Notes under the pieces: model-generated
Told to the model about the DNA's origin: nothing
What the model saw: only the letters and a program-made list of their open reading frames with translations
Database searches by the model: none
Shown here: positions 10,445 through 17,189 of the stretch, piece by piece
Position numbering within the stretch: position 1 is the first letter of the stretch
Layout of the letters: each line of letters starts with the position of its first letter
Made by a program: the position numbers and the translations under genes
NCBI GenBank assembly: GCA_041661005.1
Contig: JBAZVG010000001.1
Coordinates: 479,515 to 543,514 of the forward strand
DNA length: 64,000 bases
Direction: 5' to 3'
Source of the DNA: Minisyncoccota bacterium
Lineage (GTDB): Bacteria; Patescibacteriota; Minisyncoccia; Phycocordibacterales; UBA9973

Positions 10445-10533
10445 TGCGGACAGAGTGGGATTCGAACCCACGGTTCTTTTAAAGGAACGGCGGTTTAGTA
10501 AACCGCTGGTTTAAACCACTCACCCATCTGTCC
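10445..10533 (-). tRNA. class II tRNA (Ser-like, G73 discriminator, long variable arm); apparent anticodon loop UUACUAA
   Basis: Reverse complement folds with acceptor GGACAGA/TCTGTCC, T-arm GTGGG-TTCGAAT-CCCAC, 18-nt variable arm and anticodon stem GCGGT/ACCGC; anticodon reads ACU, which is unusual. Confidence 0.55.
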
Positions 10534-10636
10534 TTAAGATGTTCCGAGTGTAGCATAAAAAATTAAAAAATACATGGAAAAGTACAGATAATGTGTTAGA
10601 GTAATTACGTAATTAAATATGTAATTAATTACGTAT

Positions 10637-10725
10637 GGAGCCGTGTCAGAGTGGTCTAACGTACCTCTTTGCTAAAGAGGCAGGGGCTTCAAAACCCCTC
10701 GGCGGTTCGAATCCGCCCGGCTCCG
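10637..10725 (+). tRNA. tRNA-Ser(GCU)
   Basis: Acceptor GGAGCCG/CGGCTCC, anticodon stem CCTCT/AGAGG with loop TTGCTAA, long variable arm, T-loop TTCGAAT, G73. Confidence 0.8.
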
Positions 10726-10885
10726 CAAATTTGAACGTAGTGAAAACTGCGGAACGGCCCTAATATACTCAAGTATATTAGGGAGGATTCGAACGGCGAA
10801 ATGTAAAATTTTCAGCAGAAAATTTTATGAGTCGGTGCCCAGACAAATTTTTTGTGACGACAATAAATTTAGTCGAGGGAGAAAT

Positions 10886-10900
10886 TCCGCCCGGCTCCGC
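10886..10900 (+). repeat. direct repeat of the tRNA-Ser 3' end (tccgcccggctccgc), att-like
   Basis: 15-nt exact copy of 10712-10726 lying 160 bp downstream; the interval carries the hairpin ccctaatatac-tcaa-gtatattaggg and the aaaattttcagcagaaaatttt palindrome. Confidence 0.5.
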
Positions 10901-10917
10901 CAAAATATCATTCTTTG

Positions 10918-11280
10918 TTAGACCTTATTTTTCGCCACACGCAGACCTTTTTTAACTATTTTGTTTACATCTTTCCACTCGTCCTTTAATTTGTCAGCAA
11001 AAGATTTTATTTCCTTCTCATGCATTTTGTATTGTTTAGCATAATTCTTTGAAATCACATCCACTGCCTTGTGATACAAAGGAACAGAAACTTCTTTGGC
11101 TTTTTTAACTTCACTCGCTACTTCTTTCTTCATTTTAACCAAAAGCGCTCCCGCTTTCTTCTGATGCACTTTCGCCTTAGGACCAAAAAGATAATACGCT
11201 CCGGCGCTAGCCACACTCGCCGCCACTACCCCCGCCCCAATTGCCATTTTTTTACCTGTAGACATTTTTTTATTTTTCAT
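10918..11280 (-). CDS. hypothetical membrane-anchored Lys-rich protein
   Basis: 120 aa ORF with an N-terminal hydrophobic segment AIGAGVVAASVASAGAYYLF. Confidence 0.4.
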   Translation of the reverse strand: MKNKKMSTGKKMAIGAGVVAASVASAGAYYLFGPKAKVHQKKAGALLVKMKKEVASEVKKAKEVSVPLYHKAVDVISKNYAKQYKMHEKEIKSFADKLKDEWKDVNKIVKKGLRVAKNKV

Positions 11281-11304
11281 AGTATTTGTATTTAACTTTA
11301 TAAT

Positions 11305-11577
11305 TTATTTTAATTTTGATTTTTGTGAAACTTTCTTTTTTTTCTTAAAGAATTTAGTAAGAAATTGAAACAAGCCACTTTCTCTCACCTCTTCCAAAAT
11401 CTCCTTTGTGGTATCTCCAATATTATTTATATCTTCTTCTGCTTTATCCATAATCCTAGAGAAAGTACAACTTACACGAATAAGGTAAAACAAAAGTATA
11501 GCCACCATTATTCCTAAAATGATAAATCCGACCGAAGAGATAAAAAAGAAGACTTGTGATTGTAAAAGCGAGTTCAT
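11305..11577 (-). CDS. small membrane protein
   Basis: Hydrophobic helix FFFISSVGFIILGIMVAILLFYLI; start trimmed to the internal Met to avoid overlap with recG. Confidence 0.3.
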   Translation of the reverse strand: MNSLLQSQVFFFISSVGFIILGIMVAILLFYLIRVSCTFSRIMDKAEEDINNIGDTTKEILEEVRESGLFQFLTKFFKKKKKVSQKSKLK

Positions 11578-11596
11578 GAGTATATTATAGCACAAT

Positions 11597-13936
11597 ATGG
11601 AGCTCCACGACAAACTTGAATTAAAATTCCGTTTAGACATAAACCAAAAGAAAGCCCTGCACCGGTTGAAACTTTTCTCCGTATCGGATTTGCTTTTTCA
11701 CTTCCCTGTTCGATACAGCGATATCAGTGAAGTAAAGAAAATTTCTGAATTAGTCCCGGGTGATATGGCGACAGTCTACGGAAAAGTTTCAAATCTAAAA
11801 ACTAAAAAGGGATTCCGGTCAAAAATTCCTATGGCGGAAGGCACTATTGAAGATCTTTCCGGTAAAATAAAAATTACTTGGTTCAATCAGGCATATCTAG
11901 CCAAAATGATCCACGAAGGCGACACGGTGAAGCTGACTGGCAAAGTAACGGCGAGCAAGAGTGGGACATACTTAGCCAACCCAGAATTTGAAAAGATGCT
12001 GGATATGCCGATCGACTCGCACAACACGCTCTTTCGTCAAAGGGCATCTTTGACAAGCATGTCAAAGATGCCCTTTGACATTGGACTTTCCTATCCCATT
12101 TACGCGGAAACTCGCGGAATAACCAGCAAGTGGTTTTACCACGCAATAGAAAAAATACTGCGAGAAAAGACGTTGGATAATGTTTTAGATTATATTCCCT
12201 CAGATATTTTAAATAGATATCATTTGCCTATGCTCAAAACAGCTCTTGTATGGATTCATAAGCCCAAAAATGCGAAGGACGCGGAATCAGCCCGCAAAAG
12301 ATTCGCATTCGAAGAAGTCTTCTGCATCCAGTTGGAACGTCAGCATGATAAATTTGAATATAGGAAAAATAAATCTTTTCAAGTAAAAACAGATAATAAA
12401 AAAACAGGAGAATTTTTGGAACGCTTTCCTTGGGGGCTGACTAATTCGCAAAAAAAATCCATTGAAACCATACTGGGAGATATGGCAAAATCTTTTCCGA
12501 TGTCGAGACTCCTCGAAGGCGACGTCGGTTCAGGAAAAACCGCCGTCGCGGCCACAGCCGCATATACTGTGGTAAATACTAGACCCTTCGACTTTGCTCA
12601 GGGCAAACTCCAAAGCTTTGGGAGTTTGCAAGTGGCCTACATGGCGCCCACAGAAATTCTAGCGACTCAGCATTTTGAATCTTTTATACAGTATTTTTCA
12701 CCCCGCCCAGAAACGGGCGGGGCAAGCATTCCCATAAATATCGGGCTCATCACCGGAAGCGGTTGCCGAAAATTTCCCTCAAAATTAAATCCTGAAGGAT
12801 TCACCACCATCTCTCGCGCGCAACTTTTGAAATGGGTAGCTAATGGAGAAATACCTATCCTGATCGGCACTCATGCTCTTATTCAAAAAACTGTTAAATT
12901 TAAAAACCTAGCGCTAGTTGTGATTGATGAACAGCACAGATTCGGCACGGCGCAAAGAAGAAAATTGGTCAGAAAGGATACAAAAGGAAACATAAGCGCT
13001 CCACACTTACTTTCGATGACAGCCACCCCCATCCCCCGCACGCTTGCGCTCACTATCTATGGAGATTTGGATTTGTCATTGCTTAATGAAATGCCTCCGG
13101 GAAGAAAACAGGTAATTACAGAAATTATTACGCCAAACAAGCGCGCAGAAACTTATGAAAAAATTCGCTCTGAATTAAAAAATGGTCGGCAACTTTACGT
13201 GATTTGTCCGAGAATTTTTGAGGCGGAAAGCGAAGGAGGAGATGTTCCCGAGCGAACCCTTGGAAGGAGCGACGGCGACGGACAGAGAAAATTTTCAGCA
13301 GAAAATTTTCGTGGTGAGTCCGGGAATATCTCCTCCTTCGCTAAATTGGAAATGAAAGCGGTCACCACTGAGGCTAAAAGACTCAAAAAAGAAATCTTTC
13401 CTGAATATGAAATAGGCATCTTGCACAGTAAGATGAGTAAGGAAAAAAAAGAAGAAGTAATGCAAAAATTCACTGAAAATAAAATAAACATTCTTTGCGC
13501 CACATCCGTGGTAGAAGTCGGAGTAAATGTCCCTAACGCCACCGTCATAATTATAGAAGGCGCAGAACGTTTTGGTTTGGCGCAATTGCATCAGCTTCGC
13601 GGACGTGTGATCCGAAGCACGCATCAAGCTTATTGCTTTATTTTCGCGGAAGCCAAAAGTGCTAAAACGATGGAAAGATTAAAAGCATTAAAAACCGCTA
13701 AAAATGGTTTTGAACTGGCAGAACTAGACCTCACCCTTCGTGGCGCGGGAGAGCTCGGAGGCACCAAACAATGGGGCATCACTGACCTCGGAATGGAAGC
13801 GATTAAAAATATCAGAATGGTAGAAGCCGCTCGCACGGAAGCCATTCGCTTAATCGAAGAAGACCCGGAACTCACTAAATATCCCCTTTTGAAACAAAAA
13901 GTTCACCAAAAAGCGGGTGAATTCCATTTCGAGTAA
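11597..13936 (+). CDS. recG: ATP-dependent DNA helicase RecG (with in-frame insertions)
   Basis: Wedge domain, Walker A GDVGSGKT, DEQHRFG, QMTATPIPRTL and HQLRGRVIR motifs; 779 aa. Confidence 0.8.
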   Translation: MELHDKLELKFRLDINQKKALHRLKLFSVSDLLFHFPVRYSDISEVKKISELVPGDMATVYGKVSNLKTKKGFRSKIPMAEGTIEDLSGKIKITWFNQAYLAKMIHEGDTVKLTGKVTASKSGTYLANPEFEKMLDMPIDSHNTLFRQRASLTSMSKMPFDIGLSYPIYAETRGITSKWFYHAIEKILREKTLDNVLDYIPSDILNRYHLPMLKTALVWIHKPKNAKDAESARKRFAFEEVFCIQLERQHDKFEYRKNKSFQVKTDNKKTGEFLERFPWGLTNSQKKSIETILGDMAKSFPMSRLLEGDVGSGKTAVAATAAYTVVNTRPFDFAQGKLQSFGSLQVAYMAPTEILATQHFESFIQYFSPRPETGGASIPINIGLITGSGCRKFPSKLNPEGFTTISRAQLLKWVANGEIPILIGTHALIQKTVKFKNLALVVIDEQHRFGTAQRRKLVRKDTKGNISAPHLLSMTATPIPRTLALTIYGDLDLSLLNEMPPGRKQVITEIITPNKRAETYEKIRSELKNGRQLYVICPRIFEAESEGGDVPERTLGRSDGDGQRKFSAENFRGESGNISSFAKLEMKAVTTEAKRLKKEIFPEYEIGILHSKMSKEKKEEVMQKFTENKINILCATSVVEVGVNVPNATVIIIEGAERFGLAQLHQLRGRVIRSTHQAYCFIFAEAKSAKTMERLKALKTAKNGFELAELDLTLRGAGELGGTKQWGITDLGMEAIKNIRMVEAARTEAIRLIEEDPELTKYPLLKQKVHQKAGEFHFE

Positions 13937-13947
13937 TTCAAAAGTTG

Positions 13948-14217
13948 TCATTTCACTTCATCCAAGATGATTTTTTCTGCTGCCTCCGGGTCAAATCTAT
14001 AATTATTCTCCAAATTTGTCTTTACTTCATTCGCTCTATCTATCGCATCTTGTCCTTTTTCGATTATATTCTTTCCATCCTTATCGCCAGTAAATAAATC
14101 CGTGCGTATAATAAAAGTGAAAATGATCACCAATCCGATCATAAGCAATAAAAGTCCTATGTATCCGCCGTTTAAGCTATTTTTGTTTTTTATATATACT
14201 ATGTATTCTTTGAACAT
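13948..14217 (-). CDS. small membrane protein
   Basis: 89 aa with one TM segment GGYIGLLLLMIGLVIIFTFII. Confidence 0.35.
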   Translation of the reverse strand: MFKEYIVYIKNKNSLNGGYIGLLLLMIGLVIIFTFIIRTDLFTGDKDGKNIIEKGQDAIDRANEVKTNLENNYRFDPEAAEKIILDEVK

Positions 14218-14446
14218 CTTGTCCTCTTATCTTAACCTTTGCGCGAACCTTTTTCGAGAATCAAATGAAGTAATGCGCACGCTCCGCGTGCATCATTTCT
14301 CGAAAGCAATTACTACGCTCTGATAATGTGGTAACTCAATGAACTCCGCCACGCGCGATTACGCGCGTCTGCCCTCGCCTCGCCACCGTTTCCATGCATA
14401 TATTATTTCGCGGGGGTTTCTTTTGATTTGGTATGGGTGGCGGGCG
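14218..14446. repeat. left terminal inverted repeat of island (GC-rich, about 229 bp)
   Basis: Plus strand here is the near-exact reverse complement of 25925-26152. Confidence 0.75.
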
Positions 14447-14940
14447 AGGTCAGGTTTCTTCAAAGAAGAAACGGCGAAATTCAAAATACAAATTCAAATC
14501 ATTGTCTCGGGCATTATACCATTTTTCTATTTTGGTGGTCACGCAAAGTTTTGAGGTGCACCCTCGGCATTCGCCTCGGGCATTTCCGCTAGGGCTACGA
14601 GTGCCTAGATGCCTATGAGCGGGCAAGCAAAATAACCGAACGGCTCAAATACCAGTAAATGAGCCGTTCACTCGATTGCCCGCAACTTCTTGGGGAGAGG
14701 AAGTTTCCTCTCCCCGGGTCGGGCTACTCTGGGATTACCCAGAGTTCTGCCCTCGCCATCCCCACTCTACGTTTTTCAATATTGTGTTTAGTGTGTAGCT
14801 TTCGCTTTCGAGAATGCATTTCAATTCGGGTCAGGCACTCGTCCTTTAGCCGTGGCCACCCTAGCGGAAATGCCCAAGGCGGAAAATGCAAATGCACTTG
14901 ACCCACCCACCCATTCGCGTGCAAATTTTCGCCGTGAGGA
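14446..14940 (+). ncRNA. GC-rich hairpin-dense noncoding segment (candidate structured RNA or recombination site region)
   Basis: GC far above the window average; nested hairpins gcgggcaa[gaacggctca..tgagccgttc]ttgcccgc, ggggagagg/cctctcccc and ctctggg/cccagag; long-range complement gggcatttccgctaggg (14579) with ccctagcggaaatgccc (14856). Confidence 0.3.
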
Positions 14941-14963
14941 AAAAGGGACGGCGACTCCCTTAT

Positions 14964-15131
14964 TTATAAATCATCTTTCAATTCAATAGCTTCTTCTTCG
15001 TCTAGTCCTTCCGTATCCATAATTTCTTTTACATGTTCAGCTTCATCTTGATCCAGTCCGTGATTTTCCATAAGTTCCACAACTTCTTCGTCAATTTCTT
15101 CTCCATTTTCATTTTTAATTTCTTCATCCAT
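14964..15131 (-). CDS. tiny highly acidic protein (55 aa, MDEEIKNENGEEIDEEVVELMENHGLDQDEAEHVKEIMDTEGLDEEEAIELKDDL)
   Basis: Manual translation of the minus strand; below the ORF-track size cutoff; last gene of the island operon. Confidence 0.25.
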   Translation of the reverse strand: MDEEIKNENGEEIDEEVVELMENHGLDQDEAEHVKEIMDTEGLDEEEAIELKDDL

Positions 15132-15135
15132 TTTT

Positions 15136-15804
15136 TTATATTTCAGAATAAAATACTGAATGCCCAGTTTTTCCGTTCTGTTTTATTTTTCCTTCTTTCT
15201 CTAATTGTGAAAGGTATCTAGTTGCAGTTGCATCAGACACATGCAAAAACTTTTCTACTTCGTCGTTGGTGACTCGTGGTGAGCTTGTCGAACCATTTTT
15301 ATTTTCAAACAAAGACATGACACGATCTAGTTTCTTTCTTTTTCTGAATTGAATCGCATTTCTAGCTGTGATTAGAAGTTCGCGAGCTAGATTAGATTTA
15401 GGTTGCTCACTCACAGGCTTCGCCTGTTCGTTTTGAGAAGTTTCCGGTTCTTTCAACGGCTCATTTACTGGTATTTGAGCCGTTGGAGGTTCAATAGCTT
15501 GGACGGGTTCAAAAACTGACTCAATTGAGGGTTCATTTGTCCCGTTAGAGGTAGGATTTGCTTGCATATCCGTTGGCTCTAATGGGATTGCTTCTTCTGG
15601 TGTAGGGGTAGAATTTGAGGGTGGTATATTAGTACTTTCATCACTAAAACCCTCCCTAGAAGCTTCCGGGGCTTCAGGAAGCACTTCGACAGGCTCGGAA
15701 TCTATGGGTGGAATAGGTGCATCAGCCATAGGCTCTTGGGGGCTTGGTGGAATAGAGTTTTCTTCGGGAATTGGTTTTTGGGTTGTATTTTGTTCGTCGG
15801 ACAT
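15136..15804 (-). CDS. Pro/Glu-rich disordered protein with C-terminal winged-HTH
   Basis: Low-complexity PEPS-rich N-terminal 150 aa; C-terminal VSDATATRYLSQLEKEGKIKQNGKTGHSVFY is wHTH-like. Confidence 0.4.
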   Translation of the reverse strand: MSDEQNTTQKPIPEENSIPPSPQEPMADAPIPPIDSEPVEVLPEAPEASREGFSDESTNIPPSNSTPTPEEAIPLEPTDMQANPTSNGTNEPSIESVFEPVQAIEPPTAQIPVNEPLKEPETSQNEQAKPVSEQPKSNLARELLITARNAIQFRKRKKLDRVMSLFENKNGSTSSPRVTNDEVEKFLHVSDATATRYLSQLEKEGKIKQNGKTGHSVFYSEI

Positions 15805-15805
15805 A

Positions 15806-16681
15806 TTATTTCCCTAATTCTTCTAAATTAATGAACGGATTGGTATATTCTATACCTTTTGGTATAAATCTAATTGATTCTTCATAACATTTTTTTGCTT
15901 CCTCTGGCTTACCCGTCTCAGCAAATAATACCCCAATATTATTATATATATTTGAGTAATGAAGATTAGACTTTAATACAAGATAAAAAGAACTAAAATA
16001 TGCTGGGAGTATGTAGCGATTCATTTCTTGGTCATCATGTAAAGCAACACCCATCATTGGGTTGTCTTGAACAATTTTTTGTGCAGTTTCTCCCGTAGGA
16101 AATCTAAGTGCTCTTACTCTATCTTTAATAGCATTTTTATGAGCAATCCTCGTAGCTAAATCTACCCATCCTTCCTCTTTCTCGCCAGTATAATTAAAAT
16201 CTCTTCCTTTTAAATTAGTAAATTGTAATGGCTCATTTTTAATCTCCTCATAAACTTTTTGTCCGAGTATTTCTAGTGCTGCGTTATAGTTTTTTAATGA
16301 ATTTACTGTGTCCCCATTTAGCTTATATGTTAATGCCAAACTATTTAGTGTATCCACTATTTGAGTTCGAGAGATATTTTCTTTAGTTTGAATTACTATT
16401 TCTAGATACTTAATTGCTTTTTTATATTCTCCTTTCGTCTGGTAAATAATACCTAACTCAAAATTTAACTGACTGGAATCAGGATATTTTGAAATAGCTT
16501 TTTGGCAAACTTCTTCTGATTTATCTAAACGTCCCAACTTACGATTAACATGGACTAAAAAATACCAATAATCCATATCATCAATATATTCTGACTTAAT
16601 CGATATTAAGAAACTTTCAGCGGTGGAATAATCTTTATTTTTTATATAGTACTCAAGTTGTTGATGGTGTGTATCTGTCAT
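15806..16681 (-). CDS. tetratricopeptide-repeat protein
   Basis: Repeated TPR-like helices (YWYFLVHVNRKLGRLDKSEEVCQKAI, NFELGIIYQTKGEYKKAIKYLE and others). Confidence 0.5.
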   Translation of the reverse strand: MTDTHHQQLEYYIKNKDYSTAESFLISIKSEYIDDMDYWYFLVHVNRKLGRLDKSEEVCQKAISKYPDSSQLNFELGIIYQTKGEYKKAIKYLEIVIQTKENISRTQIVDTLNSLALTYKLNGDTVNSLKNYNAALEILGQKVYEEIKNEPLQFTNLKGRDFNYTGEKEEGWVDLATRIAHKNAIKDRVRALRFPTGETAQKIVQDNPMMGVALHDDQEMNRYILPAYFSSFYLVLKSNLHYSNIYNNIGVLFAETGKPEEAKKCYEESIRFIPKGIEYTNPFINLEELGK

Positions 16682-16694
16682 AAATTATTTTTAT

Positions 16695-17153
16695 TTACAC
16701 AACTTCTCCTAAACTAGAAACAAAAACTCCGACCGGCTCTTTCACTATTTTTACCTCAGTGATTACTAACGGTATGAAATTCTCGTCTGTTTTTGAAGAC
16801 TTTTCAGGGTCGCCTAATTTGCAAGTAAGTGCTACTCCCTCAATTCTTAGTAATATTGGGGAATCAGAAAAATTAACAACAACTGGCTGATTAGTTTGTT
16901 TTTGTATTTGCTCAGTAAGCGCTAATTTATTAATAAGCTTAAACTCTTGAAAAATATATATAAACACTTTTAAAACTTCGTCATTAAAATTAAACGAGGC
17001 AACCATTCCATTTATGTTAGCTGTAATACTCGAAGTATGATCTGGATATAATATTAAATCTAATGGAACAAAACTATCCGTAATTACAATCTTTCCATTT
17101 TTGGGAAGCCCAGTGTCTTTTATAAAGGAACCAAAATCTTTTTTGAATATCAT
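16695..17153 (-). CDS. hypothetical protein
   Basis: 152-aa ORF tightly packed between the TPR and ATPase genes. Confidence 0.35.
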   Translation of the reverse strand: MIFKKDFGSFIKDTGLPKNGKIVITDSFVPLDLILYPDHTSSITANINGMVASFNFNDEVLKVFIYIFQEFKLINKLALTEQIQKQTNQPVVVNFSDSPILLRIEGVALTCKLGDPEKSSKTDENFIPLVITEVKIVKEPVGVFVSSLGEVV

Positions 17154-17189
17154 AATTTTTTTATTTGTAAATTATTTTTCATTAGTTCT

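Noticed and set aside
14339-14924. Short ORFs (14339-14554, 14433-14618, 14659-14901, 14724-14924) and their mirror copies 26099-26360 and the 5' extension of 25647-26033
   Set aside because: They lie inside the GC-rich inverted repeats or the structured segment. The identical peptide MNSATRDYARLPSPRHRFHAYIISRGFLLIWYGWRA appears on both IR copies in opposite orientation, so these are repeat-derived frames and not genes.
14446-14940. GC-rich segment interpreted as RNase P RNA, tmRNA, a group II intron or an rRNA fragment
   Set aside because: None of the diagnostic motifs were found: P4 AGGAAAGUCCGG, the tmRNA tRNA-like ends, group II domain V, or 5' GUGYG.
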